Shown here: one piece after another, positions 36,790-46,427 of the stretch
Numbering within the stretch: the stretch's first letter is position 1
Layout of the letters: each line of letters begins with the position of its first letter
Assembly (NCBI GenBank): GCA_029006755.1
Contig: JAQXGO010000060.1
Location: 1-58,546, forward strand
DNA: 58,546 nucleotides
Source: Clostridia bacterium
GTDB taxonomy: Bacteria > Bacillota > Clostridia > UMGS1883 > UMGS1540
Direction of reading: 5' to 3'
Position numbers and translations under genes: made by a program
The notes under the pieces: model-generated
Told to the model about the DNA's origin: nothing
Seen by the model: only the letters and a program-made list of their open reading frames with translations
Databases searched by the model: none

Positions 36790-37439
36790 CAACGCTTTAC
36801 TTTGTTCGGCACGGAGAGGCGACCGGTAATGTGGAACGCAATTTCCATGGCTGGTACGATTCCCCTCTGACGGAGAATGGCAGAAAGCAAATTGCATGTC
36901 TGAAAACTTGGTTTCAGGATATCGCAGTGGATGCAATCTATGCAAGCGATCTCACACGAACCTATGAAACAGCAAAGGCTATTGCGGAGGAAAAAGGTTT
37001 ACAGATTAGGAAACAAAAAAATCTACGTGAAATTCATGGCGGCGAATGGGAGGATGTTCCGTGGGATGATTTGCCGATCCGATTCTCCGAAAGCTACGAG
37101 AATTGGCTCTATCGTCCGCATCTTTTAGAAATGCCTGGCGGGGAAAGTATGGCAGGATTTCAGGATAGAATTTATAAAACGGTGCTTGCTATTATAGAAG
37201 AGAATCAAGGCAAAAAAGTGGTTATTGTCACGCATGGGACAGCAATTCGTGTTTTTCTGTGTCGGATACGAGGCATCCCGCTTTCCGAAATGCCCGGTGA
37301 GGCGTGGTGCGATAATGCCTCTGTAACAGAAATAACGGTTACAGAAGAAGGCTTTCAAGTTATAAAGGACGGAGATAACAGTCACTTAGGGACGCTGAGT
37401 ACCCTTGCCAAACAGGATTGGTGGAAAAAAGAGCAATAA
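36786..37439 (+). CDS. Histidine phosphatase family protein (phosphoglycerate-mutase-like)
   Basis: LYFVRHGEATGN (RHG catalytic motif) and VTHGTAIR (second His). The TTG start overlaps the pyrD stop by 4 nt. Confidence 0.8.
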   Translation: MTTLYFVRHGEATGNVERNFHGWYDSPLTENGRKQIACLKTWFQDIAVDAIYASDLTRTYETAKAIAEEKGLQIRKQKNLREIHGGEWEDVPWDDLPIRFSESYENWLYRPHLLEMPGGESMAGFQDRIYKTVLAIIEENQGKKVVIVTHGTAIRVFLCRIRGIPLSEMPGEAWCDNASVTEITVTEEGFQVIKDGDNSHLGTLSTLAKQDWWKKEQ

Positions 37440-37454
37440 GAAAGGGGAATTTAC

Positions 37455-38024
37455 ATGTTAACAAGAGAAAAGGTCATTGAGATTTTAACGGAGGCCGGTG
37501 TTTTGCAAACCGGGCATTTTTGCTTAACCTCCGGTCGGCATAGCGCAAATTATATGCAGTGCGCAAAGATATTTCAGTATACAAAATATGCAGAACCTCT
37601 CTGCGCTGCACTCGCTGAAAAATTCGATCATATAGATGTGGTCATCGGCCCTGCCATTGGCGCCATTCAAATGGCTTATGAGGTTAGCCGTCAGCTAAAG
37701 ACAAAAAATGTTTTTGCTGAGAGAAAGGATGGCGTGATGACATTGCGTCGCGGCTTTACCATTGAAAAAGGGCAGCGAGTTTTGGTGGTGGAAGATGTTG
37801 TAACCACAGGCGGCAGTGTGCGTGAAGTGATGGACATTGTGAAAAGCTGCGGCGGTGACGTTGTAGGCGTAGGTGCAATCGTGGACAGAACCGGCGGGAA
37901 AATAGATTTTGGTGTACCCTTCAGTGCGGTGCTATCTATGGATATTGAATCCTTCGAGGCAGAGGAATGTCCACTTTGCAAGAAAGGATTGCCGATTGAT
38001 AAACCCGGCAGCCGAAACGCCTAA
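37455..38024 (+). CDS. pyrE: Orotate phosphoribosyltransferase
   Basis: 189 aa with the PRPP loop [14 protein letters not shown]. Confidence 0.92.
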   Translation: MLTREKVIEILTEAGVLQTGHFCLTSGRHSANYMQCAKIFQYTKYAEPLCAALAEKFDHIDVVIGPAIGAIQMAYEVSRQLKTKNVFAERKDGVMTLRRGFTIEKGQRVLVVEDVVTTGGSVREVMDIVKSCGGDVVGVGAIVDRTGGKIDFGVPFSAVLSMDIESFEAEECPLCKKGLPIDKPGSRNA

Positions 38025-38045
38025 AACAGAAAGGGATAGAGTGAT

Positions 38046-39158
38046 ATGAAGGAAAGAAAAATTACATTTTCGGAACGTGTTTACCAAATACCCTGTAAGA
38101 ATTATCAAGAGGCTGCAGCGGCCATGGACGATATGATACAAAATATTTTGACTGACAATGGCCTTGAAAAGGATTGGAAGGGTAAAAAGGTTGTAATCAA
38201 GCCGAACTTGTTAGCTAGGCGGAAACCGGAGTTCGGTGTAACCACTCAACCTATTTTAATTGAAAAAGCGGCGGCATATTTTGTGCAGCGCGGGGCAAAA
38301 GTGACGATTGCAGATAGTCCTGGGGGCATGTATTCCTCCGGGATATTAACACGGATTTATGAAACAACCGGAATGAAAGCAGCTGCAGAAAACAGTGGCG
38401 CTTCACTTAATTTTTCTGTTAAAACCCAAAAATGTGATAAGTTTACAGTCATTGCACCGTTGGCAGAGGCTGACTTGATTGTGAATGTTGGAAGAATGAA
38501 AACGCATATGCTTTGCGACATGACAGCGGCCGTTAAGAATCTATTTGGTTCTATTCCCGGTCTGCAAAAAGCAGAATGTCATGCACATTATCCACAGAAA
38601 AAGGATTTCTGTGCCATGCTGGTGGATTTGTGCCTTGCGAATGCACCCATGGTCAATATTATTGATGGCGTCATAGCAATGGAAGGGAACGGTCCTGCGG
38701 CCGGTACGTTGCGGCATGTCGGCGTTTTGCTTGGCAGTGCCAACCCATTTTCGCTCGACCTTTTGTGCGCGCATTTAATGGGCTTTGAACCGGAAGAGGT
38801 GCTGACCGTGGATACTGCTGTAAAGCGTGGCCTTTGTCCTGCAACTGTGAAAGAATTAACCGTAATCGGAAGTGATCCTGCAAAGTACAGAAAAAAATTC
38901 AAACGTCCAAAGACAGGAAAAAGCGCACAGCTAATTCGTGCGCTTCCGGCCTCTATTGTGGCAAGACTCAAACGGGAAAAACAACCTGTTATTCTCACAA
39001 AAAAATGTATTGGTTGTGGAGAATGTGCCCGATGCTGTCCTGTTGAAACCATTCGGATTGAAGATAAAAAGGCAGTCATATATCATGATAAATGCATTAA
39101 GTGCTATTGCTGCCATGAGCTTTGTCCGCAAAAAGCGGTTGCGGTGAAAATGGTTTGA
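38046..39158 (+). CDS. DUF362-domain protein with C-terminal 2x[4Fe-4S] ferredoxin domain
   Basis: 370 aa. N-terminal DUF362-like region (VVIKPNLL...GRMKTHMLC...IIDGVIAMEGNGP). C-terminal CIGCGECARCCP and CIKCYCCHELCP. Starts 21 nt after pyrE. Confidence 0.75.
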   Translation: MKERKITFSERVYQIPCKNYQEAAAAMDDMIQNILTDNGLEKDWKGKKVVIKPNLLARRKPEFGVTTQPILIEKAAAYFVQRGAKVTIADSPGGMYSSGILTRIYETTGMKAAAENSGASLNFSVKTQKCDKFTVIAPLAEADLIVNVGRMKTHMLCDMTAAVKNLFGSIPGLQKAECHAHYPQKKDFCAMLVDLCLANAPMVNIIDGVIAMEGNGPAAGTLRHVGVLLGSANPFSLDLLCAHLMGFEPEEVLTVDTAVKRGLCPATVKELTVIGSDPAKYRKKFKRPKTGKSAQLIRALPASIVARLKREKQPVILTKKCIGCGECARCCPVETIRIEDKKAVIYHDKCIKCYCCHELCPQKAVAVKMV

Positions 39159-40154
39159 TTACACCCAAGGGCTTTCTGCTTTTTTATCTCGTGTCATAAG
39201 CTTTTCTGCTGCTTCCTTGGGGCATGCATCTTCAAAAAGAACCTGATATGCGGCATATACAATCGGCATATCCACCTTGTATTGCTTTGCAAGCCGATAA
39301 GCACTTTTGGCAGCATAAAATCCTTCCACTACCATGTGTACCTCGTCCAGTGCCTCTTGTACGGTCTTACCCTGACCAATTAAGATACCGGCACGACGAT
39401 TCCGGCTATGCATGCTTGTGCAGGTTACAATTAAATCACCAATGCCGGATAACCCGGCAAAGGTACTGGCATGTGCACCCATGGCAACGCCGAGCCGTGT
39501 CATTTCAGTCAGGCCGCGCGTCATTAGCGCGGCTTTTGTGTTATCTCCAAGGCCTAAGCCATCCATAATGCCGGCACAGAGCGCAATAATATTTTTAAGT
39601 GCACCGCCAAGCTCAGCGCCGATAATGTCATGTGAGGTGTAAACCCGAAAATAGGGCAGCATAAAGGCATCCTGAACAAAAGAGGCCGCAGCTGCATCCG
39701 TAGAAGCGGCAACAACGGCTGTTGGTATTTTTTTACCGACTTCTTCCGCATGAGAAGGTCCGGTTAAAGCAATTACGGGGTGACCCGGACATAGCCTTTC
39801 AATGACTTGACTAAAGCGTTCTCCTGTTTCCTCGCATAATCCTTTGGTCAGGTTTACAATTGTGGATTGGGGTTTTAGGTGCGGTGCCATGGCTTGTACG
39901 GTTGTTACCAATGCCCCGGAAGGAGTAGCAATAACCGTCATATCAGCATCGGAAACAACAGTTATATTACTGGTATATGTTATGTTTTCCGGCAGAATTA
40001 CGCCGGGTAAAAGAGCGCGGTTTTCATGATGCAAAGCAATCGTATCACTCTCCGCTTGCTTCCAGGACCATAGCGTCACATGATGCCCTTTTGTGGCTAA
40101 TAGGGATGAAATGGCAGTTCCCCAACCGCCGGAACCAATCACAGCTATTTTCAT
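39159..40154 (-). CDS. gpsA: NAD(P)H-dependent glycerol-3-phosphate dehydrogenase
   Basis: 331 aa with MKIAVIGSGGWGTA dinucleotide fold and GALKNIIA motifs. Lies downstream of plsY. Confidence 0.93.
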   Translation of the reverse strand: MKIAVIGSGGWGTAISSLLATKGHHVTLWSWKQAESDTIALHHENRALLPGVILPENITYTSNITVVSDADMTVIATPSGALVTTVQAMAPHLKPQSTIVNLTKGLCEETGERFSQVIERLCPGHPVIALTGPSHAEEVGKKIPTAVVAASTDAAAASFVQDAFMLPYFRVYTSHDIIGAELGGALKNIIALCAGIMDGLGLGDNTKAALMTRGLTEMTRLGVAMGAHASTFAGLSGIGDLIVTCTSMHSRNRRAGILIGQGKTVQEALDEVHMVVEGFYAAKSAYRLAKQYKVDMPIVYAAYQVLFEDACPKEAAEKLMTRDKKAESPWV

Positions 40155-40741
40155 TTTCCAAGCTTCCTTTCAGTGCCGTTACATAGACGGCGAATATTGG
40201 GTATATGCCGCAATACGGCAAGAAGGACCACAGCCACGGAAACAAGAATCAGCCATAAGTCAGTCGAAAAAATAGCAATCAATATGCCAAAGAGAATACT
40301 GCCGAGAATTGATCCTAAAGAAACGTACCGCGTGACAGCAATCACTACAATGGCAAATACCATTGAGATAACGGCTTGTTTCGGCGAGATCATAAGCATA
40401 ACGGCCAGGGAGGTGAGTATTCCTTTTCCGCCGCGGAATCCGAAATACAGAGGATAATTGTGCCCTAAAACGGCAGAAAGACCGGCAAAATAGGACAAAT
40501 GTGTGCCACCCAGTATACGGCCAATCAGAACAGCTAGAATTCCTTTAGCAATATCACCGACAACAACTATTGCTGCCGCCCCTTTTCCATAGGTGCGCAA
40601 AATATTGGTTGCGCCTGCATTGCCGCTTCCGGTGTTTCGGATATCCTCGCCGCGGAGCTTGGAATAAATGACAGCGGAGTTAATGCTACCTAATAAATAG
40701 CCAATTATAACTACAAGCATGGTTATATAAATCGGTTTCAA
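40151..40741 (-). CDS. plsY: Glycerol-3-phosphate acyltransferase PlsY
   Basis: YLLGSINSAVIYSK and GSGNAGATN motifs. TTG 40741 lies 7 nt after AAGGGGGA and downstream of the der stop. The track start at 40879 overlaps der. ATGA-type overlap with gpsA. Confidence 0.9.
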   Translation of the reverse strand: MKPIYITMLVVIIGYLLGSINSAVIYSKLRGEDIRNTGSGNAGATNILRTYGKGAAAIVVVGDIAKGILAVLIGRILGGTHLSYFAGLSAVLGHNYPLYFGFRGGKGILTSLAVMLMISPKQAVISMVFAIVVIAVTRYVSLGSILGSILFGILIAIFSTDLWLILVSVAVVLLAVLRHIPNIRRLCNGTERKLGK

Positions 40742-40754
40742 GAGTTCGTCCCCC

Positions 40755-42083
40755 TTAATTTTGCTTTTCGCTTCTTTGCCGAATAATAAATCGAATCGGC
40801 GTACCGGTAAGACCGAATGTTTCGCGAATCCTGTTTTCCAGATAACGAATGTAAGAAAAATGCGCCAATTCCTTGTCATTTACAAACAAAATAAAGGTCG
40901 GGGGCTTCGTTGCGCCCTGCGTGGCGTAATAGATTTTCAGCCGTTTACCCTTATCTGATGGCGGTTGTACCTTTTCCATAGCATCCGACAATACTTCGTT
41001 CAACATGCCGGTAGAAATGCGTATGGAATTTTGCATATAAACATTTTGAATCAGCGGGAAAAGCTTGTCTGTACGTTGCCCTGTTTTGGCAGAAATAAAG
41101 AGCATAGGGGCATAGGTCATAAAGCTTAAGGTGTCATAAACGTTTTTCTGAAACGCTTGCATCGTGTTTGTTTCTTTTTCAATCAAATCCCATTTATTGA
41201 CCGCAATTACAGAAGCTTTCCCTGCTTCATGCACATAGCCTGCAATCTTGGCGTCCTGTTCACTAACGCCTGTATCGGCATCAATCATAATTACAGCAAC
41301 ATCGCACCGTTCCACAGCGGAAAGAGATCGCATAACGCTGTATCGTTCAATCACGTCGTCAATTCTGTTCTTGCGGCGCATGCCGGCTGTATCAATCAGA
41401 ACATAATCCTGTCCATTTCGCACTACTGCACTGTCAATTGCATCGCGCGTTGTGCCGGGGATATTGCTGACAATCATGCGGTTTTCGCCAAGAATATAGT
41501 TTACTAATGAACTTTTTCCGGCATTAGGTTTTCCGACAATGGCGACATGAATACCGGTTTCGATTTCATCTGCGCAAGACTCTGGCGGAAAGAAGCTGAT
41601 TGCAGCCTCGATAACATCACCCACACCCATGCCGTGCAGGGAGGAAACAGGGTATGGATCACCCAGACCCAACGCATAGAATTCATAGACACCTACGGGG
41701 GTTTCCCCGGGAGAGTCCGCCTTATTGACAACCAGCAAAACCGGCTTTCCGGATTTTTGTAGCATGGCTGCAACTTCGGAATCACTGGCGGTTACGCCCT
41801 CACGCAAATTGGTTACAAAAAGAATTACATCTGCCGTATCAATGGCAAGCTGTGCCTGCAGAAACATTTCTCGCAAGATAATGTCCTTCCCGGCCGGTTC
41901 TATACCGCCTGTATCGACCACTGAAAATGTACGGCCAAACCATTCGGCATCAGCATAAATACGATCACGGGTAATTCCCGGCGTGTCTTCCACAATCGAA
42001 AGACGTTGACCAATAATTTTGTTAAATAAGGTGGATTTCCCCACATTCGGACGGCCAACAACCGCCACAACGGGTTTTGTCAT
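40755..42083 (-). CDS. der: Ribosome-biogenesis GTPase Der (EngA)
   Basis: Tandem G domains (GRPNVGKST, GKPNAGKSS) plus a KH-like C-terminus. Confidence 0.95.
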   Translation of the reverse strand: MTKPVVAVVGRPNVGKSTLFNKIIGQRLSIVEDTPGITRDRIYADAEWFGRTFSVVDTGGIEPAGKDIILREMFLQAQLAIDTADVILFVTNLREGVTASDSEVAAMLQKSGKPVLLVVNKADSPGETPVGVYEFYALGLGDPYPVSSLHGMGVGDVIEAAISFFPPESCADEIETGIHVAIVGKPNAGKSSLVNYILGENRMIVSNIPGTTRDAIDSAVVRNGQDYVLIDTAGMRRKNRIDDVIERYSVMRSLSAVERCDVAVIMIDADTGVSEQDAKIAGYVHEAGKASVIAVNKWDLIEKETNTMQAFQKNVYDTLSFMTYAPMLFISAKTGQRTDKLFPLIQNVYMQNSIRISTGMLNEVLSDAMEKVQPPSDKGKRLKIYYATQGATKPPTFILFVNDKELAHFSYIRYLENRIRETFGLTGTPIRFIIRQRSEKQN

Positions 42084-43390
42084 TGCACCTCTTCCTTTCT
42101 AAGCTTTTCCCATAAATCATATCCGTCTGTTTGCACGCTGTAAATCGGTACGTGCAACTTTTCAGATATCTCTGTTATCGTCATATCATCTAAAAAAACT
42201 TCTGTGCCGCTACGGAGCATCACGGTAGGAATATATGCAGCATCGCCTAAGTCAGCATCTTGCAATTGGGCAACAATATCCTGCCCGGTAATTAAGCCTG
42301 CAACCGTAATATTTGGGCCAAAAAAGTGATTTTCAATACGATGCACCTGAATTTTTAATTGCGGGTACTTTGCCATGGCAAGGTCTGCAAGCATAGATAA
42401 ATGCGAATGCGCGGCGACACCTGTAATAATAGAAACCTTTCTGCTGGCCGTGCAGGGGAAAGAGTGGATGGCATCTTTGAATTCTTCTGTCAGACTTCTT
42501 AAAAGGCCAACACCGTTTTCGATTTGTGCATATCCCTCATAAGCCTCCTCGGGAGGAATCGGGAGTTTTGCCTTTAAATAGAATTCGTCCGCAGCATAAA
42601 TAAAGCGAGAACCAATCTTTTTAAGAAGTATTTCCTGCCAACTTACAACCTGCTGAAGAACTTGCTCTGCCGATGCCTTATCAAAGGGTTCAAGTGGATA
42701 CAAGCCTTCTCTATATTTTGTTATGCCCACCGGCACAACGGAAACGCTGGTCATAAACGGATAAAATGCTGCTAAATCTTCAATCGTTTTATCGAGTGCC
42801 TTTCCGTCATTGACATGCCGCACCAAGACAATCTGTCCGTTCATATGTATACCGCCATCGCGCAGTGCTTGGATATGGCGAAGCGCCTTGCCGGCATGAC
42901 GGTTTCGAAGCATAGAACAACGCAGATGCGGATCTGTGGTGTGCACAGAAATATTGATGGGCTCAAGATGCATACGGATAATCTTGGCAATGTCTGCATC
43001 ACGCAGATTGGTGAGCGTGACGTAATTGCCGGATAAAAATGAAAGTCTTGTATCGTCATCCTTAAAATATAAAGTATCACGCATGCCGGACGGCATCTGA
43101 TCAATAAAGCAAAAAATGCATCGGTTAGCGCATCTTTTTGCACCGCCAAACAAGGCACTTTCAAATTGAATGCCAAGATCCGGACTATCCGGCGCATCAA
43201 ACCTAATAATCTCACGGGAATGGTCTGTTTTCAAAACCTGCAGGGTGACAACATCAGTGCAGGCAAAAAAACGAAAGTCCAGTTCATCTTCCGGCACATG
43301 CCCATTCACAGATTCTATAATGTCACCGGGGACAATGCCGGCCTCATAGGCATCGCTATCCGGTAGGACAGCATATACAACTGCTTTCAT
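42080..43390 (-). CDS. PDZ + radical-SAM-like + DUF512 protein, function unknown
   Basis: 436 aa with an N-terminal PDZ-like region ([17 protein letters not shown]) and a CANRCIFC CxxxCxxC cluster motif. 4-nt overlaps with smpB upstream and der downstream. Confidence 0.78.
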   Translation of the reverse strand: MKAVVYAVLPDSDAYEAGIVPGDIIESVNGHVPEDELDFRFFACTDVVTLQVLKTDHSREIIRFDAPDSPDLGIQFESALFGGAKRCANRCIFCFIDQMPSGMRDTLYFKDDDTRLSFLSGNYVTLTNLRDADIAKIIRMHLEPINISVHTTDPHLRCSMLRNRHAGKALRHIQALRDGGIHMNGQIVLVRHVNDGKALDKTIEDLAAFYPFMTSVSVVPVGITKYREGLYPLEPFDKASAEQVLQQVVSWQEILLKKIGSRFIYAADEFYLKAKLPIPPEEAYEGYAQIENGVGLLRSLTEEFKDAIHSFPCTASRKVSIITGVAAHSHLSMLADLAMAKYPQLKIQVHRIENHFFGPNITVAGLITGQDIVAQLQDADLGDAAYIPTVMLRSGTEVFLDDMTITEISEKLHVPIYSVQTDGYDLWEKLRKEEVQ

Positions 43391-43839
43391 GCCTGCCGCT
43401 CCTTTAACGCACGATCCATATTCCGCACAGCATCACGCTTTGCAGCTGTTTCACGCTTGTCATATAGCTTTTTACCTTTGCAAAGGCCTAAGGATAGTTT
43501 TACGTTTGCGCCGCTCCAATGCAAGTCAAGCGGAATAAGGGTGTACCCGTCACGCATCACTTCGCTATGCAGACGGTTGATTTCTCGCTTATGCATCAAC
43601 AACTTTCGGACACGTAAGGGGTCTTTATTAAAAATATTTCCCTGCTCATAGGGACTAATATGCATGCCATGGACGAAAATTTCGCCGTCCCGCACAGAGG
43701 CAAAGCTGTCCTTTAATGATACTTTACCGCCGCGAATGGATTTCACCTCTGTACCGGAAAGGGAAATGCCGGCCTCCAGAACTTCTTCCACAAAGAAATC
43801 ATGTCTTGCTTTTTTGTTTTGTGCAATGATTTTTTCCAT
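43387..43839 (-). CDS. smpB: SsrA-binding protein SmpB
   Basis: [15 protein letters not shown]...[13 protein letters not shown] and the C-terminal tail [13 protein letters not shown] 43839 lies 8 nt after AAAGGA. The track start at 43848 has no RBS spacing. Confidence 0.93.
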   Translation of the reverse strand: MEKIIAQNKKARHDFFVEEVLEAGISLSGTEVKSIRGGKVSLKDSFASVRDGEIFVHGMHISPYEQGNIFNKDPLRVRKLLMHKREINRLHSEVMRDGYTLIPLDLHWSGANVKLSLGLCKGKKLYDKRETAAKRDAVRNMDRALKERQA

Positions 43840-43948
43840 GCTTCTCATCCTTTATTCATATTCATGCAAATGTAAAAAGGCAAGGAAGAAAACAAGCGCC
43901 TTTGCATTTGCTGAAACGGCTATACAAATGTTTTTATTGAATAGATAA

Positions 43949-43970
43949 GGCTGTCGTGTTATCGACAGCC
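43949..43970 (-). terminator. Hairpin downstream of secG
   Basis: GGCTGTCG (43949-43956) / CGACAGCC (43963-43970) with a 6-nt loop. On the minus strand a weak T-rich tail (TTATCTATT) follows. Confidence 0.5.
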
Positions 43971-43991
43971 CCGAGAAAAGATACAACCGGA

Positions 43992-44234
43992 TTATTTAAA
44001 CACAACTGAAAGCAAAATGGACAAAACGATAAACAAAAAAGCCATGATAGCAGTCAATTTTTCAAGAAATCCGTTCAACGTTCTGTTCTTATTCTTTCCG
44101 AAAAATGTATCAGACCCATTACCGGCGATGGTGCCGGACAAGCCTGCATCTTTGTCATTCTGAAGAAGAACTGCAACTACCAAAAAGACTGTAACCACTA
44201 TATGTATAATGGTACATATCAGTTTCCAATTCAT
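43992..44234 (-). CDS. secG: Preprotein translocase subunit SecG
   Basis: 80 aa with two TM helices flanking LLQNDKDAGLSGTIAGNGSDTFFG, the typical SecG loop. GGGGGTG RBS. Confidence 0.85.
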   Translation of the reverse strand: MNWKLICTIIHIVVTVFLVVAVLLQNDKDAGLSGTIAGNGSDTFFGKNKNRTLNGFLEKLTAIMAFLFIVLSILLSVVFK

Positions 44235-44266
44235 ACTTACACCCCCAATTTAAAATCACTTTTAGT

Positions 44267-44295
44267 AGTTTACCACATTTTTTTAGAATTTACAA
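44267..44295 (-). promoter_or_regulatory. Candidate sigma-A promoter of secG
   Basis: On the minus strand: TTGTAA (44295-44290), 17-nt spacer, TAAACT (44272-44267) preceded by a TGg extended -10. Confidence 0.5.
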
Positions 44296-44330
44296 GGTTT
44301 TTTATAAAAATTTTGATAATTTTTCGGATA

Positions 44331-44359
44331 TTGACAAATAGGACACAGTTTGTTATACT
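44331..44359 (+). promoter_or_regulatory. Sigma-A promoter of the trxA-prmA-rsmE unit
   Basis: TTGACA (44331-44336), 17-nt spacer, TATACT (44354-44359). Confidence 0.7.
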
Positions 44360-44437
44360 GTAACATAAGAAAAAGGCCATACATATATAAATGAATTTGG
44401 TTTATACTATCTTTATCAAGAATGGGAGGGGTTTCAT

Positions 44438-44752
44438 ATGGCTGAAATCATTAAAACAGAGAATTTCGAAGAAAAGGTTTTAAAAGCAGAAAGACCGGTA
44501 CTTGTAGATTTTTATGCGGATTGGTGCGGGCCTTGTAAAATGATGATACCGATTTTTGAAAAGCTTTCGGCAGAATATGCGGGCCGTGTAGATTTCTACA
44601 AATTGAACACGGATAAGGACGGTGCGTTGGCTGCACAATATCGCGTAATGAGTATTCCGACGATGATTCTCTTTGTAAACGGAGAAGAGAAGGAGCGTGT
44701 TGTTGGTGCAGTGCCGGAAGCTACGCTTCGCGGAAAGCTGGAGGAAGTATGA
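44438..44752 (+). CDS. trxA: Thioredoxin
   Basis: 104 aa with the active site WCGPCK. Confidence 0.93.
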   Translation: MAEIIKTENFEEKVLKAERPVLVDFYADWCGPCKMMIPIFEKLSAEYAGRVDFYKLNTDKDGALAAQYRVMSIPTMILFVNGEEKERVVGAVPEATLRGKLEEV

Positions 44753-45702
44753 GCGGAGATACGTGGCTGAAAATTGATGTGTTTACGACATCGGAAGGGA
44801 TTGAACCACTGTACGGCATGCTGCTCTCAATGGGGATCGAGAGCGCCGAAATTGCGGATGAACAGGATTTTGAAAGCTTTTTAGAGAAGAATACACAGTA
44901 TTGGGATTATGTAGACGAAGCGCTACGTCAGGAAATGCATGCACCAACCCGTGTTACGGTTTATGTACGGGATGATGTAAATGGTCGGGAAACCCTGCTT
45001 CTTTTGCGCGAGAATGTCAAAAGGCTCAAGGCGGAAAATGCAGCAGTCGGCAGCCTTGATATCAAGATTGCGGATGTAGGTGAAGATGATTGGTTTGCCG
45101 AATGGAAGCAGTATTATAAGCCGTTTCGTGTCGGAGATGGTATTACGATTGTACCTGCATGGGAAGACTTTGCGGGGGAAGGCATTGTGCTGCGCATTAA
45201 CCCGGGCATGCTGTTTGGCACAGGCAGCCATAATACTACAAGGCTTTGTATTGAAATCTTAGAGAAACAAATCAAACCGGGATGCAATGTTTTTGACGTA
45301 GGTTGCGGCAGCGGTATTTTATCCATACTGTCCCTTCTTTTAGGAGCATCCTCCGCGTTGGCAGTGGATATTGATGCGGCCGCACCGCGGATAGCGCACG
45401 AAAATGCAGAACTAAACGGCATTGGGAAAGATGTATATACGGTTTTGCATAAGAATATTTTAGAGGAAGAGGTAACCGACCAACGCTTTGATTTGGTGGT
45501 AGCCAATATTGTGGCAGATGTGATCATTCCCCTTTCTGCTAAGGTAGGAAAATACATAAAAGAGGATGGCGTGTTCCTCTGCTCCGGTATTATCCAGGAT
45601 AGGTTGGATGATGTCCTGAAAGCACTTGCACAGAATGGTTTCCGTTTACTGGAAAAGAAGCAGGATGGCGAATGGTGGGCCGTTCTCTCCGGAAAGGAGT
45701 AG
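44749..45702 (+). CDS. prmA: Ribosomal protein L11 methyltransferase
   Basis: 317 aa with FGTGSHNTT and the SAM motif DVGCGSGILS. ATGA overlap with trxA. Confidence 0.9.
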   Translation: MSGDTWLKIDVFTTSEGIEPLYGMLLSMGIESAEIADEQDFESFLEKNTQYWDYVDEALRQEMHAPTRVTVYVRDDVNGRETLLLLRENVKRLKAENAAVGSLDIKIADVGEDDWFAEWKQYYKPFRVGDGITIVPAWEDFAGEGIVLRINPGMLFGTGSHNTTRLCIEILEKQIKPGCNVFDVGCGSGILSILSLLLGASSALAVDIDAAAPRIAHENAELNGIGKDVYTVLHKNILEEEVTDQRFDLVVANIVADVIIPLSAKVGKYIKEDGVFLCSGIIQDRLDDVLKALAQNGFRLLEKKQDGEWWAVLSGKE

Positions 45703-45704
45703 GG

Positions 45705-46427
45705 ATGGCAAGATTTTTTGTTTCACCCGGCGATATCTGTGGTAATACGATTCAAATAACAGGAGATGATGCTGCACATATCGCACGTGTGCTCCGAATG
45801 CGCGTAGGCGAAATGCTTACTGTCTGCGATGGGAATTTAACGGATTATCTGTGCAGCATTTCGGCAATACATAAGGATTGCGTTACGGTTTCGGTACAGG
45901 AAAAGATGCAAAATATGTGCGAACCGCCTGTGCAGATTACACTGTACCAGGGCATGCCCAAAGGGGCAAAAATGGATTATATTGTTCAAAAGTGCGTTGA
46001 GGTAGGGGTCTGCCGCATTGTGCCGATGCAAACAGAATTTGTCGTAAGCAAAGGCGAAGTGAAAGAGGAACGCTTGAACCGCATTGCGCTTGAGGCGGCC
46101 AAACAATCCGGCAGAGGGACTGTACCGCTTGTGACAAAGACCATGCCGTTTGACCAGGCTGTGATTGCGGCAGCAAAGGCAGAACTTGCTGTTTTTCCTT
46201 ATGAGTGCGAGAAGCGGAATAGCCTCAAAGCAATTTTACGGGGTAAGATGCCGAAAACAGTATCTATTATGATTGGCCCGGAGGGCGGGTTTTCTGCAAA
46301 TGAAGTGGAACAAGCCAAATCCTGCGGGCTACATGTGGTAACATTAGGCGGAAGGATTCTGCGCACCGAAACGGCGGGCCTTGTGGCAGCAGGGAATGTA
46401 TTATATGAATTGGAGAGTGAAGCATGA
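45705..46427 (+). CDS. rsmE: 16S rRNA (uracil1498-N3)-methyltransferase
   Basis: MARFFV... N-terminus, and GPEGGFS and RILRTETA SPOUT knot motifs. prmA-rsmE synteny. Confidence 0.88.
   Translation: MARFFVSPGDICGNTIQITGDDAAHIARVLRMRVGEMLTVCDGNLTDYLCSISAIHKDCVTVSVQEKMQNMCEPPVQITLYQGMPKGAKMDYIVQKCVEVGVCRIVPMQTEFVVSKGEVKEERLNRIALEAAKQSGRGTVPLVTKTMPFDQAVIAAAKAELAVFPYECEKRNSLKAILRGKMPKTVSIMIGPEGGFSANEVEQAKSCGLHVVTLGGRILRTETAGLVAAGNVLYELESEA

Noticed and set aside
43387-43391. tmRNA (ssrA) gene expected next to smpB, and any tRNA genes in the window.
   Set aside because: smpB overlaps the next protein gene. No spacer is long enough, and I saw no GGTTCGAATCC-type T-arm or acceptor/CCA-like terminus in any intergenic region.
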